Of a DNA stretch of 64,000 nucleotides, positions 30,501 to 40,295 are shown one piece after another. The DNA comes from Ignavibacteriota bacterium (GTDB taxonomy: Bacteria; Bacteroidota; Ignavibacteria; UBA10030): NCBI GenBank assembly GCA_022616555.1, contig JAKEEG010000091.1, positions 1,016 to 65,015 on the forward strand, written 5' to 3'. A program made the position numbers and the translations under genes. How positions within the stretch are numbered: the first letter of the stretch is position 1; the number at the start of each line of letters is the position of its first letter. A model generated the notes under the pieces. It saw only the letters and a list, made by a program, of their open reading frames with translations. It was not told the DNA's origin and made no database searches.

Positions 30501-33500
30501 TGTTTGACCCGGCCTATTTTCACCATGGATGAACATTTTCAGCGTACTATAGTTGAACACATCCATCGGGCGCGCAAAACGTTTGATCACCTCCCGTGTG
30601 TCGCCGTCGCCCAAGCCGTTGATCACGAGCGCGAGCGATTGTTCATTGAGCAGAATCTGCTCATCTGGCCTTGAACGGTCTCTCGCCCTCACAACGCCGG
30701 GCGGGGGCTCATAAAATCCGGGATTGTCCTCCACGCTGCGTTCCGTAACGCGGAATGTCGGGTCGTTTTTGATTCGTTCTTCCCAATTACTGCCGACCAA
30801 ATTGAATTCTGCAAGCCGGAGAAACACGCTGTCCTGCGCTCCTTCAATCCAGACACGAACAGCTTCGACAACAGTAAGGGTTGGCTCACCAATCTTCGTT
30901 GTAAATTCGTTCAGGGGAATACGGATTTGATGCCATTGGTTTGCGCCGCCGCCGGCGATGTATTTCCGGAAATTGGGGTTTGTCGTATCCATTGGAATAA
31001 CGTACTCGAAGTAGCTATTCGTGCGATCCAATATGCCATTATTGTTCAAATCCTCCGTGTCCGGAAATTGCCCAGCTTGACTCTTCGAATTTCCCTCTGT
31101 CCCATTGATTCCGATGTAATCTCTCGGCGTAGGGTCAATCGAATTTGTGAACGGCTGAACCCAGTCATCGCCGGAGGGGTCGGACGCGTACTCCCGGTAG
31201 CGCTGGATAAACGCCGCATATTTCGCTTGTTCCTGCGCGTTAGTTAGGGTATCCAACCCGATATCCTCTCCGGGATTCAAGATACCATTTCGACGGAGAG
31301 GATCTCCAAGACCGTCTTCCGTGTTAAGCTCTCTATTCGGGATGACGTCTTCGCTGATTTGCCCCAGATCGATGTGTAGCTTCACTGTCGGCTGGGCTTG
31401 GCCGATCTTCACCCAGAATTCGATATAGTTAATATTCTCATCAATGAGGTTCGTACCGGTCGTCCCTAATAACCTCATCATACCACCCCATGCTTGGGTT
31501 GGGTTCGCGCGAAACTTTGTATCGAGGTCCAACGAATAGTTGTACGCCCCACGCTGCCTCGGCTCGTAATAGAGGTCCAATACTCTCACCTGTTCACCGC
31601 CGCTCCTCACACTCTTCTCCGGACGCAACTCCGTTATTTCGACGTCGCCCGGGATGAGGTTAAACCATGTGAGCCGTGCCTTGTACTCCATCTTTGATGT
31701 ATCGGGCAGCAGTTGCGCAAGCACAAATGGGTCGTTTGTCGGGACTGTGGGGTCGTCGGGGTCGGGAACATACGTATCCAACTGCGACATGTAAAACGGC
31801 GGACTTGCATCAAACCACCTGCTATATTCAGTACCGAGGTAGACAGTTTTACGTGTACCCTCGAAATCATCGATAAACGCGATACCGCTGCCGCCATCCT
31901 GCGGGATCGTGCTCTTGCGCGTATTTGGGTCGGGAAGCATGTACGCCGCTTCACCTTTGAGAGAAAATGACGACGGCGCGTTCGTTTGAATACCGGGCAG
32001 CGCGTTCATGGCGCGCGTGAGAAAATCGAGATTGACGTTCGTTCCGCCATCAAAGCCGAGAATCGTATTACTAATCGGCTCCTCGCCGATCCGGACTTTA
32101 TCGTTCAGCGTTTGCTGATTCAGGTTCATCACAGTAAAACCCAGCCCTGTAGATTTTGAAAGCGCAAGATCTCCGCGCGCGCCCAAGAGCGATTTTGACG
32201 CCAACTGAAAGAGGTCGTTCGCCTCATAACTAATTCGCACGTTCCGCCCCGGCACTAACAAGGATTGATTGCGAATCACCAACTGGCCTGTGATATAATC
32301 GACCGTGTAATCTGCCCCGGGAGTAGCCTCAACCCCATCAACCAAAACCTTGACGCTGCCTTCTACAAGGTTGCCAAAACCTAGATTATATGTTGAAGCG
32401 ATGGAGGCAGTCGTTTGCCCTTTGATAAGGAACCGGTTCCTTCGTGTGTTGTACAGGGCAGCCGTGTAGGTAGTATCATAGATATCCCCAAAGGTAAACG
32501 AATCCGCCTGTGCAATTGTCTTACCTTCATCAAGATAAAATCTGCGGATTCCTTCACGGAATGGTTCTAATGTCGGAAAAATCAGCTCGCCACGCGTTTC
32601 ATTGATAGTATAGGTGGAATAGTCAAATTTACCGTCAGAAGGCGAACCCGGTTCTTCACCGAATCGATCCAATCCCAGCACCTCCAATAGATTGAACTCA
32701 TCTATTGTTTCCTCCGCCGGCCTACCGGACGGTTCATAATAGACATTAAGCTCAAAGCCTTCCTTCTTGATGCCTCTGCCGCCAAGAGGGTAGATGTTTT
32801 TTAACATCAACGGCCACGCGCGCTTAAAGGAAGGGTCTAACTTGCGAGGACGGACAAGTTTCATCACTAACTTGAGGGTTTTTGATGTATCTTTGGCTCC
32901 AAAGTTGCCGATATCGATTGTTCCTTGTAACCCAGGTCCTGGTAGTGTGTACGCTACCGCAATTGCCTGTTCGTGTTGAATCGAGCGATTAAGCGTAATA
33001 AAACCGGCACTTTCGTCGTATCGATAGTCCTCAGGATAGTTGAGCTTATAGAAAAGCCCAACCTCAACCTCGCCCTTCTTCTCTAAATCGCCAAAGTCAC
33101 CTTGCCGAGCGACTAAATCTGTTTGATATTTCTCAACAAGCTCCCGGTCAATAAATGCCACCACCTCGCGATCGGTGGGGTCTTGAATACCGGTACGCGA
33201 AACCCAAACTTCTATGTCACGAATCTGCTGTGAAAGATCTGGATCAGAGGGAATCTGTCCGAATATACGGTCAAACAACAGTATGTAGGCGGAATCCAAA
33301 AAGAAGTGTTGGTCCTTTACATAGTCGGTTGCTCGCCGCTCGAACGGCTGTGCTTGCGTGCCTCCTGAGATTTCGAACTCTTTGATCTGCCCCTTCTTTT
33401 GTGACGCCAGTGTCGTTAGGGTTAACGGGCCCAATTGAAACGCCGCTTTGACGCCAAAGAGAGCCTGGTTGCTGGAGATAAACGACGACTTTGTCGCTAA

Positions 33501-34532
33501 AGACACGTTACCTGCCTCAACGCTCTGCACGATATCGTCTTCATAGCCTTTGTAGCGGACTTTAACCTGATTTTCGTACTCGAACTCACGGCTTGTGTTC
33601 CAGTCCGCGTCAATGGTTAATTTGTCGCCGATTTCGCCCTTCACGTTTACCTGCAACTCCTGCGCGAAGTCCGGCTCATTGCGCTCTTGCGCGAGCGGGT
33701 TGAGTTGAAACTGGTCGGATTTGGTGTTGCGCAGCCCGGCGTGAATATCGACAGAACCGTTGATGTTCAACCGGATTCGGTTGGGACCAAAAATGCTGAA
33801 GAGCGGGTTCTTGGGGACTGGAATTTCTAACGTGGTGATTTTACCAAAGACATCGCTGAGCCCTTGCTTCTTTTCACCTTCAAACTCATAACTCTGCGCT
33901 AAAATTTCCCAGTTTTTTCGGACAGCCGAACGCAGCCTAAGCATGGTATACTCCTCAAAGGGTATCTCTTGGGGTATCTTCACATCTTCATTATTGACGG
34001 TCTGCCGAATGTAATACACCCATCGCAGCGAGTCCAGCATGTGTTGAACGCGGACGAGGCTTGGAGCATCCAGGTACATCGGTGAGGTTGCCGGAGTAAC
34101 AGGTTCTGCCAGCGGAATATCCTTGCGCACATGCTGAAACTGCGCGAGCCGTGCGGATGAATCGCGTGTAATCGCCCGAATAGAATCTAGCAGTGTTTTC
34201 GTGATCTGACGCGTTCCACTCGTGTTAACTCTGCCACTCTTGAGTTGCGCGGCGCGGGCACGCCGCGACGGCTGCCTCACTTGTCGCCTTCGTGGAAGCG
34301 TATCCTGTGCGGCAGAAAACTCGACAAACGAAAAATCCGCCGCAAGAAGCGAACCGGCAATAGGAACTACGCCGGCGCCTTGTACATGCGGAGAGCTACC
34401 CATAAAGAGCAGTGCCGCGACCGCAACCGTTCCGCATCCGCTTAGAATAGCGAACGGGCTGAGACGACGCTCGCCGGCTCTCCGCAAGGAGAACGATACC
34501 GTATGGATAAGTGAGCCGCTACCGGGGTTCAC
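27588..34532 (-). CDS. sprA: Cell-surface protein SprA (T9SS translocon)
   Basis: A 2314-aa secreted beta-rich protein. Its size, its FCB-group context (PorX adjacent, a T9SS-CTD cargo nearby) and its low-complexity N-terminus are typical of SprA/Sov. Confidence 0.88.
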   Translation of the reverse strand: MNPGSGSLIHTVSFSLRRAGERRLSPFAILSGCGTVAVAALLFMGSSPHVQGAGVVPIAGSLLAADFSFVEFSAAQDTLPRRRQVRQPSRRARAAQLKSGRVNTSGTRQITKTLLDSIRAITRDSSARLAQFQHVRKDIPLAEPVTPATSPMYLDAPSLVRVQHMLDSLRWVYYIRQTVNNEDVKIPQEIPFEEYTMLRLRSAVRKNWEILAQSYEFEGEKKQGLSDVFGKITTLEIPVPKNPLFSIFGPNRIRLNINGSVDIHAGLRNTKSDQFQLNPLAQERNEPDFAQELQVNVKGEIGDKLTIDADWNTSREFEYENQVKVRYKGYEDDIVQSVEAGNVSLATKSSFISSNQALFGVKAAFQLGPLTLTTLASQKKGQIKEFEISGGTQAQPFERRATDYVKDQHFFLDSAYILLFDRIFGQIPSDPDLSQQIRDIEVWVSRTGIQDPTDREVVAFIDRELVEKYQTDLVARQGDFGDLEKKGEVEVGLFYKLNYPEDYRYDESAGFITLNRSIQHEQAIAVAYTLPGPGLQGTIDIGNFGAKDTSKTLKLVMKLVRPRKLDPSFKRAWPLMLKNIYPLGGRGIKKEGFELNVYYEPSGRPAEETIDEFNLLEVLGLDRFGEEPGSPSDGKFDYSTYTINETRGELIFPTLEPFREGIRRFYLDEGKTIAQADSFTFGDIYDTTYTAALYNTRRNRFLIKGQTTASIASTYNLGFGNLVEGSVKVLVDGVEATPGADYTVDYITGQLVIRNQSLLVPGRNVRISYEANDLFQLASKSLLGARGDLALSKSTGLGFTVMNLNQQTLNDKVRIGEEPISNTILGFDGGTNVNLDFLTRAMNALPGIQTNAPSSFSLKGEAAYMLPDPNTRKSTIPQDGGSGIAFIDDFEGTRKTVYLGTEYSRWFDASPPFYMSQLDTYVPDPDDPTVPTNDPFVLAQLLPDTSKMEYKARLTWFNLIPGDVEITELRPEKSVRSGGEQVRVLDLYYEPRQRGAYNYSLDLDTKFRANPTQAWGGMMRLLGTTGTNLIDENINYIEFWVKIGQAQPTVKLHIDLGQISEDVIPNRELNTEDGLGDPLRRNGILNPGEDIGLDTLTNAQEQAKYAAFIQRYREYASDPSGDDWVQPFTNSIDPTPRDYIGINGTEGNSKSQAGQFPDTEDLNNNGILDRTNSYFEYVIPMDTTNPNFRKYIAGGGANQWHQIRIPLNEFTTKIGEPTLTVVEAVRVWIEGAQDSVFLRLAEFNLVGSNWEERIKNDPTFRVTERSVEDNPGFYEPPPGVVRARDRSRPDEQILLNEQSLALVINGLGDGDTREVIKRFARPMDVFNYSTLKMFIHGENRPGQTFAYVNLDNYDAEIYLRFGADTLNYYEYRAPVHPGWVGNDITIRFEELTAIKLGRDSAAIVNISPPVPVPNGSPGAVYRVRGSPTLTTIRFITIGVENPAGKGAAFLNGELWVNEMRVTDVDDSPGWAYRFDTSIKFADVASVSFALTERDPFFHGLEDRFGSRNTDRNWNLAANVGFEKFLPASWRGSKLAFSYSHTEVMQRPKYLPGTDIVVDEAVDLVQQQNGSNGAANQEANDIRLRSQTLVVTENYALPNVKIVLPSESWWVTKTINSLTFGFTYNTSTRRNPQTLYYRQWGWNSRLAYAADYGDNYVEPFSVLGDFFLLSPWKKVRLYYAPKSIGTSAVLNRSQAYEHTRLQALPKPTVRNLNATRSFNFNWPIADGGLLNLATDYDLSITSSLLHFELDSLGRQRPFTSILGDIFGGTRLIDFGVTQGYAQTINITPRPTVPPIWELDKIITLNSRYSSRYNWQNNIQAGELGRSGQWNSSLSTNFDINIKQLGSKIWPDVKPAPSPNDTSAGKGATLGSRLEQLSRLFIKIPFFDFDKFSISFSQNNRSQNSGLIGRTGFNNLFARVPFFQESLPEYGPSLLYQLGLSSDPHGKVLLNSSGRFPFFTATTIPGLRAPNGSMNDIFSQGNRVSMKTSRQLWQGARLELNWSLNWDYNVNKTIRTDAEGRPEVLSRVVGGSIDRSFFTMPPTLFFKFFKTSIEDMNKLYENLKRNSTDTRTEDAKLSQAFEEGLEALPIGKSIFGELLPRPNWSLRWDGLEKLPLFSSLAQRVSFTHSYTSTYRRRWKLSVTTGNEITESQQVVYGFSPLLGFDISFGEVLKGNLSSNVRYGTSTSLDLSPSSLNIVEANTSDIAISATYGRKGFEFPFFGLSLSNDLDITFSYTYSRNTRRVYNFKEDFKKDGTPLEGSSRTTMETRIRYVLSARVTASLFYKYTALKPDEGGSRIPGSTVNDLGLDIRLSIQP

Positions 34533-34692
34533 GCAATAGCTTTAAACTATGGATGGTTAATGAAAGACCGCGCTGGCTGCCCAAGACATCTACAGCTCAA
34601 CTCTAGACACGATGGTAGCGAAGAGGTTAATTCTACTCCGTATTGATATTCGAGGGACCGACGATGCAAATCGGCTTTTCTTTGCTGTTTAA

Positions 34693-34717
34693 TCATCCCA
34701 GTACAGGTGGGATGATG
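34693..34717 (-). terminator. Hairpin downstream of pdxH (putative terminator, no U-tract)
   Basis: ATCATCCCAgtacaggTGGGATGAT, a 9-bp perfect stem. Confidence 0.35.
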
Positions 34718-34763
34718 TACTATTAAAAAACTTAATGAAAAGTAGACTGAATTGCAAGCTCTG

Positions 34764-35432
34764 TTACGGACTCAATCTCTCGATGCGCCACCCGTGAGCG
34801 CCACGGGAATAACGGAATCTATCGTGCAATCGATTTTCGCGCCCCTGCCAAAATTCAAATAAGCCGGGGAGTACTCGGAAACCGCCCCAAAAAGAAGGCA
34901 GAGGCACTATTTCTCCTTTGTAACGCATAGCAAGTTCATCGAATTTTTTTTCAAGCTCCTCGCGACTGCGAACGACACGGCTTTGTTGTGAAATCGTTGC
35001 AGCAATGCGGCTTGCAAACGGACGTTCATCGAAATATGCCTTAGACTCCTCTTTCGATACGCGCTCGATTGTGCCTTCAATTCTCACCTGCCGCTCCAAC
35101 GCATCCCAATAAAACAAAAGCGAAGCGTTGGGATTCTCCGATAATTCTTCTCCCTTCCTGCTTTCATAGTTAGTGAAAAATACAAAGCCGCGATCGTCAA
35201 CCTTTTTCAATAGCACCACACGGGCGGAAGGTTTGCCGTCCTTCGTGGCGGTCGCCAGCGTCATTGCTGTCGGCTCGAGAAACGGCGCGGCAATCGCTTC
35301 ATCCAGCCAATGCCGGAACTGCACAAAGGGGTCGGCATCCAACTCCGATTCATCCAACCCTTTATGCAGGTATTCGCGCCGTAGTTTTGCTAAAGCTTCG
35401 CTTCGCTGTGCTGAGTTATTTTTGATTTCCAT
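34764..35432 (-). CDS. pdxH: Pyridoxamine 5'-phosphate oxidase
   Basis: The C-terminal [10 protein letters not shown]…[14 protein letters not shown]…RLSP is the PdxH signature. The start is chosen at MEIKNN by alignment to PdxH N-termini. Confidence 0.9.
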   Translation of the reverse strand: MEIKNNSAQRSEALAKLRREYLHKGLDESELDADPFVQFRHWLDEAIAAPFLEPTAMTLATATKDGKPSARVVLLKKVDDRGFVFFTNYESRKGEELSENPNASLLFYWDALERQVRIEGTIERVSKEESKAYFDERPFASRIAATISQQSRVVRSREELEKKFDELAMRYKGEIVPLPSFWGGFRVLPGLFEFWQGRENRLHDRFRYSRGAHGWRIERLSP

Positions 35433-35562
35433 GTTCGCCAATATAGCGAGTGTCCTCCGTAAAGGCAATAAACTCTCTACGAGTTGGCAATAAAATACGA
35501 CCGTTAGCAGGTTCTGACACACGCATCTTGTAATCCGCTCACAATGTCGCTATATTTAGACT

Positions 35563-36927
35563 ATGTGGATTCTTTGGCGGCATATTCTCCGATCACATCT
35601 CGTCCCCTTCGTGTTTGCGTTCACCGTGTTGATGGGGATTTTCCTCTTGCAGTTCATCGTGAAATCCCTAGACCAGCTCGCGGGCAAGGGACTTTCCGCG
35701 TGGGTGATCATCGAGCTCACAACGCTTAACCTTGCTTGGATGGTGGTTCTCGCCGCTCCGATGGCTGTGCTCGTTGCTGCAATCATGGCTTTCGGAACGC
35801 TTTCCTCCACGCACGAAATCACTGCGATGCGCTCCAATGGCGTCAGCCTTTACCGGATGATGGCGCCGGTCGTGCTGGCATCGCTTGCGCTTTCGTATGC
35901 TGTGCTCTGGTTCAACAACGAGGTCCTGCCGGATTCGAATCACCGCGTACGCGCGCTCATCAACGACATCAACCGCAAAAAACCCACGCTCTCGCTCGTG
36001 CCCGGATTATTTTCGCAAGCACTACAGGGCTACAGCATCCTCGTGCGCAAGACGTTTGAGTACTCCAACGACCTTGAGGGCGTCACAATTTTCGATTACA
36101 CCAAGAACGACTTGCATGCCACAGTTACCGCAAAACGGGGAACGATTTCGTTTTCATCCGATTACCGTAAGGTGATCATGGATTTATACGACGGTGAGAT
36201 TCACGAAATCAGCACGACAAATTTTTCCGAGTACCGAAAAATTCGTTTCGAAAAACACCGCATAGCAATGAACGCGGAAGGTTTTGATTTCCAGCGTTCG
36301 CAGGAAAACGCTTTTTCCCGCGGCGACCGCGAGCTGAGCGCAAGCGCCATGCGTCATCTCGTTGACAGTCTCCAACAGCTCCGCACATCTGCAGAAACAC
36401 GCATCGCTCAGTTTACCGCATCGAAAAATGATACAACAAAAAAAATAGATTCGACTGTCAACCTCGGCATACAAAATCCGAACCTCCTCGCCCTCACGCA
36501 AGCTTCAACATTGCAATCGAAGATCGAGCAAGAGAAAGCATTTATCGATAGACTCGAACGGCAGTCACGCGAGTATCTGGTGGAAATCCATAAAAAGTAC
36601 GCCATTCCGGTGGCGTGCTTCGTCTTCGTTCTGATCGGTGTGCCGCTCGGCATTATGGCGCGCAAAGGAACGTTCGGCATGGCGGCAAGTTTAAGCCTGG
36701 GATTTTTCCTGCTCTACTGGGCATGCCTGATCGGCGGAGAAAAGCTTGCGGACCGCGGCGCCATCGACCCGTGGTTAGGGATGTGGATCGCCAATATCAT
36801 CATCGGAGCGTTGGGGGTGTATCTCACGATCCGCTCTGCGCGGGAGAATCTTACAATTAACTGGTCGATATTTACGCGCTTTATTCCTAAACAATGGCGC
36901 ATGGAAGAGGAGCCCGCCCAGACATAA
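35563..36927 (+). CDS. LptF/LptG family permease (YjgP/YjgQ)
   Basis: N-terminal MWILWRHILRSHL… with 3 TM helices, a large periplasmic insert and 3 C-terminal TM helices. It pairs with a second copy downstream. Confidence 0.85.
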   Translation: MWILWRHILRSHLVPFVFAFTVLMGIFLLQFIVKSLDQLAGKGLSAWVIIELTTLNLAWMVVLAAPMAVLVAAIMAFGTLSSTHEITAMRSNGVSLYRMMAPVVLASLALSYAVLWFNNEVLPDSNHRVRALINDINRKKPTLSLVPGLFSQALQGYSILVRKTFEYSNDLEGVTIFDYTKNDLHATVTAKRGTISFSSDYRKVIMDLYDGEIHEISTTNFSEYRKIRFEKHRIAMNAEGFDFQRSQENAFSRGDRELSASAMRHLVDSLQQLRTSAETRIAQFTASKNDTTKKIDSTVNLGIQNPNLLALTQASTLQSKIEQEKAFIDRLERQSREYLVEIHKKYAIPVACFVFVLIGVPLGIMARKGTFGMAASLSLGFFLLYWACLIGGEKLADRGAIDPWLGMWIANIIIGALGVYLTIRSARENLTINWSIFTRFIPKQWRMEEEPAQT

Positions 36928-38033
36928 TGTTGCTTATTGACCGCTATATCATTCGCCAATTTATTGCCGCATTCCTGTTCGGATTGCTCGCCTTCACGTT
37001 GATTTTTATTCTGATCGACATGATGGAAAAGATTGACGATTTCTTCGACGCAAACACTCCGACCGCGGTCATCGCCGAATACTATCTCTACTTCTCGCCA
37101 GAGATCATTAAACTGATGACGCCTGTTGCCATGCTGCTCGCCGCGCTGTTTGTGATGGGCCGACTGACAAACCTGAACGAACTTCCCGCCATGAAAGCGA
37201 GCGGCGTGAGCTTGTACCGTATCCTTTTGCCCTTCATCATTGTCGCCTTCCTTGTAAGCGCTGTGTCCGTATATTTCAATGGCTGGGTTGTGCCTGGCGC
37301 GAACCAGAGGAAATTTGCCATCGAGCGTCAGCATTTGCAGCGGGTTGATTCTTATAACCGGTTCAATATTTTCTTCCAAGACGGACGCACGCGCGTTATC
37401 TCGCTCGGCTTTTATGAGCCGCAATCGCAATCCGCCACACGCGTGAGCATTATAGACTTTGCCGATACGAATCTGACAGTGCTCTCACACCGGTACGATG
37501 CCGACCGGATGACGTGGACGACGCTCACCGACAGCATCACCGGTACAACATCCGAGGGTTGGGTGCTCGACTACGGTACTAAGCGGCTCATCACAGGAGA
37601 CCGCGATTCAATCACCTACTTTAGCCAGTTCCCCATTGGCAAGCTTAGCGTAACGCCGGATGAGATAGCCAAGAAGCAACGCAAACCTGACGAGATGGAC
37701 TACCCGGAACTCAGCGAGTTTATCGAGAGCCAGCAGCGTGCAGGACAAGACGTGGCGCGTTGGGAGGTCGAGTATAACGCCAAGGTCGCATTCCCGTTTG
37801 CCAGCGTTGTCGTGACGCTGTTCGGTGTAACATTCGGTTCCGTGCGTAGGCGAAGCGGCGTAGCGGTGGAGTTCGGTATCTGCGTCGCTATGACCTTCCT
37901 CTACATGGGCTTTATGAAAACAAGCCAAGTCTTCGGCTACAACGGCGACTTTCATCCGTTGCTCACCGCGTGGCTCGCAAACCTCATCTTCCTCGGCATG
38001 GGCATGGTGAATTTGTTGAGAGTGCAGAAGTAA
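36927..38033 (+). CDS. LptF/LptG family permease (second copy)
   Basis: MLLIDRYIIRQFIAAFLFGLLAFTLIFILID is the canonical YjgP/YjgQ start. A TAATG overlap with the upstream permease gives 36927 as the start. Confidence 0.85.
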   Translation: MLLIDRYIIRQFIAAFLFGLLAFTLIFILIDMMEKIDDFFDANTPTAVIAEYYLYFSPEIIKLMTPVAMLLAALFVMGRLTNLNELPAMKASGVSLYRILLPFIIVAFLVSAVSVYFNGWVVPGANQRKFAIERQHLQRVDSYNRFNIFFQDGRTRVISLGFYEPQSQSATRVSIIDFADTNLTVLSHRYDADRMTWTTLTDSITGTTSEGWVLDYGTKRLITGDRDSITYFSQFPIGKLSVTPDEIAKKQRKPDEMDYPELSEFIESQQRAGQDVARWEVEYNAKVAFPFASVVVTLFGVTFGSVRRRSGVAVEFGICVAMTFLYMGFMKTSQVFGYNGDFHPLLTAWLANLIFLGMGMVNLLRVQK

Positions 38034-38034
38034 G

Positions 38035-38838
38035 TTAGGCGGGAGAAAGACGTTGCATAATATCTGTTGCAAACTCAATGTTTAGCTGACCGAGTGAAAA
38101 AGTAATCGGGTTATCCTTCTTTCGTAGTCGCGGTTCAGGCATTTGATCATATGTCCGTCCGTCAAGCACTCTCCCCGTCGCCTTTTTATTTAAACCGCCC
38201 CACTGCTTAAAGAAGAATTTTACTTTATGCCCTTTGCATAGCCCTCTGATTTGACGAACCCACTCTGGTTTTATCGGACGTGCATGAGGTCCCGATTCTC
38301 CACCAACAATGACCCAGTCAATTCCTTCAAGCGGCAAGTACGGTATTGGGGCTATCAACGGCTCGACAGATAAGAACCTCACAGCAGCAGGAACTTTAGC
38401 TAGTTGCTGAACGCGAAAAACATACTCAGGCGATTCTACACTTACCCCCATCCACACATTTTCAGGCCAAGGTAACCTCGATGAAATCTCAAGCAAACGA
38501 TCAGACCGCTTTGTAAGGATTTGAAACGTGTGCCAGTGAGCTTTCTGCATAGTAGCAAATACCTGAGCGATAAAAAACTCAGGCACCTCTTTGTGGAACA
38601 GGTCGCTCATGGAGTTAACAAAAATGACCTTCGGTTCTTTCCAACGAAGTGGCAAGCTGACAAGGTCGTGGTGGAGCGTTACTTCAAAGCCGTTACGATA
38701 GCGATACGAGCCCATCGCTTTCAAACGCTCCGCCATACGCTCCGCGTAGCAATGCTTGCAACCCGGACTAACTTTATCACACCCTGTTACCGGGTTCCAC
38801 GTCGCTTCAGTCCACTCGATTGATGATTGTTGCGCCAT
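38035..38838 (-). CDS. DUF5131 (phage Gp37/Gp68 family) three-Cys-motif protein
   Basis: N-terminal [27 protein letters not shown], a Cx6CxxC three-Cys motif characteristic of PF07505. The gene sits in an AT-shifted islet. Confidence 0.7.
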   Translation of the reverse strand: MAQQSSIEWTEATWNPVTGCDKVSPGCKHCYAERMAERLKAMGSYRYRNGFEVTLHHDLVSLPLRWKEPKVIFVNSMSDLFHKEVPEFFIAQVFATMQKAHWHTFQILTKRSDRLLEISSRLPWPENVWMGVSVESPEYVFRVQQLAKVPAAVRFLSVEPLIAPIPYLPLEGIDWVIVGGESGPHARPIKPEWVRQIRGLCKGHKVKFFFKQWGGLNKKATGRVLDGRTYDQMPEPRLRKKDNPITFSLGQLNIEFATDIMQRLSPA

Positions 38839-39676
38839 ATTGATTCTTATATTTTTTCACAATATCGTTTCCAATATTCACTGCAGTTCTATTATTGGAA
38901 GCAAGATATAAATGGTACATTGGTGACCGCCTCGAATTTTTCAGTTCGTACGGATTCGACACAAACTTAAATACTTCTTTAAGTCGGCTTTGATAAAGTT
39001 TTGCAGCTTTACCAATAGCATTAACTTCCTTTTCGCTTCTGGTAATATCATTAAACAGAGAGGGTATTTCAACGTAAAAATATTTCTTTACTTCCATTCT
39101 TGATAATCCTAAAAACTTTTCAAGCCGCTCTAACCAAGAGTCAGATATGTCACCATCGGTTTCTAATAGACGATTTACCCCTAACCCAGTAGGAACTAAA
39201 ACCCACAGATCCACTGGCAATTCTCTTAGCGATTCAATCGCGTTCCATTCTAACTGCATGCCACAAGGGTCGATATAAGCTAAAGTCCTATAGTGCGCGT
39301 TCTCCTTTTTTGACAGGAATTTTGATAAATCAAGTATTTTTTTATTACAATCTCCAGACACTGTATAAATTTCTTTTTCGGGAAAAGCGTCTTTAGTATT
39401 TTCTTTAAGAAGTTTAAAAGTCTTTGGATCTTTTTCAACGAAGTAATAGACATCAAAAGGTTTAGGATGACTAATTTCGAGTATTCTTCTGGCGGCTCCA
39501 ATGGTTACGTCAATTCCAAATTTGCTATCCTTAACAATAAAACCCGAACCTGCGAATCCGTCAAAGTACAATGTCTTAAAATACTTCCGTGTATTCATTA
39601 TCGTTAAGTAAGCATTCGCGTACTCAACAAGTATTTTAATTTTTATTTTTGTCCAGTTTCCTCCGAATTGCTTCAT
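38807..39676 (-). CDS. TcmP-like (three-Cys-motif partner protein) candidate; uncharacterised
   Basis: 289 aa, very AT-rich, directly upstream of and overlapping the DUF5131 gene. It contains FDGFAGSG (a SAM-MTase motif-I-like sequence) and IDPCG. The partner-family assignment is recalled from memory and was not searched. Confidence 0.5.
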   Translation of the reverse strand: MKQFGGNWTKIKIKILVEYANAYLTIMNTRKYFKTLYFDGFAGSGFIVKDSKFGIDVTIGAARRILEISHPKPFDVYYFVEKDPKTFKLLKENTKDAFPEKEIYTVSGDCNKKILDLSKFLSKKENAHYRTLAYIDPCGMQLEWNAIESLRELPVDLWVLVPTGLGVNRLLETDGDISDSWLERLEKFLGLSRMEVKKYFYVEIPSLFNDITRSEKEVNAIGKAAKLYQSRLKEVFKFVSNPYELKNSRRSPMYHLYLASNNRTAVNIGNDIVKKYKNQYGATIINRVD

Positions 39677-40054
39677 TTCCTTCCTCGTAGGATTTTAAAG
39701 CGGATGATGGATACAATACGACATTTTTGTCATATTGTCAAATTAATAAATAGCATATTTGTCGAGAGCGAATAGAAAAGTGAACATAAAATATGAATTT
39801 GTTTACACATCGTCAAGTACACACCGTTACCCTTGCGCTTTTGAGCGCCTCAGAAAGACGTCTGGTCGTGGGCGATTTTGATGTGCGATATGTTTTTCTA
39901 TCTGGTTACTTCTATTGCTTGCCAATACCGTTCAACAGCAGCCCCGTAGGGGCAGGCGGGATGCTAGAAGCGCATTTCACTCAGCTTTCCTTATGATATC
40001 CTAATCGAAGGCGTCGCACCGAGGCAAAGAAGAAGTTGACGACAAATAGATTCA

Positions 40055-40275
40055 CTCGGCACGGCCAGCCAGGAGCATGCCCGCGGGACAGACCCGGGGA
40101 ATCCAGAGCCCGAAAACCGCGTTGAGCGGTTTTCGTGTCGTAGGCCCTTACAAAGGATTCCGTGAGGGACGCCTTGCGTTAGGAATAACCGGATGGTTTC
40201 TCGGGCATCGTGGCCACTCTGCCCAAGAACCGGAAATTCAATTTACCCAATATACAGTACCGAACCCCCGCTCGT
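40055..40275. other. GC-rich, hairpin-dense non-coding segment (candidate structured RNA or gene remnant)
   Basis: It has local hairpins (AAAACCGCgttgaGCGGTTTT and GGGCAtcgtggccactcTGCCC), GC content well above its AT-rich flanks, and no credible ORF. Confidence 0.3.
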
Positions 40276-40295
40276 CAATACAAGATTTGTAATTT

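Noticed and set aside
29619-31247. Several plus-strand ORFs of 100–240 aa lie antisense inside sprA (29619–30347, 29998–30408, 30927–31247 and others).
   Set aside because: They lie wholly inside a 2314-aa gene with strong homology on the opposite strand. Their composition is Arg/Pro-rich and low-complexity, typical of antisense frames in GC-rich coding DNA, and they have no recognisable family.
34533-34763. Searched the intergenic regions at 17353–17501, 20828–20953, 22597–22901, 34533–34763 and 55201–55512 for tRNA or other small RNA genes.
   Set aside because: No tRNA-like T-arm (GGTTCGA/ATCC) or acceptor/CCA-end architecture was found. There is only one simple hairpin (34693–34717), which is reported as a weak terminator.
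40077-40292. A 71-aa plus-strand ORF (and a 67-aa one at 39793–39996) in the long intergenic tail of the tcmP islet.
   Set aside because: They have no start context and no family resemblance, and they lie in a hairpin-dense stretch that is better explained as non-coding or structured DNA. They are kept only as part of the ncRNA-candidate finding.
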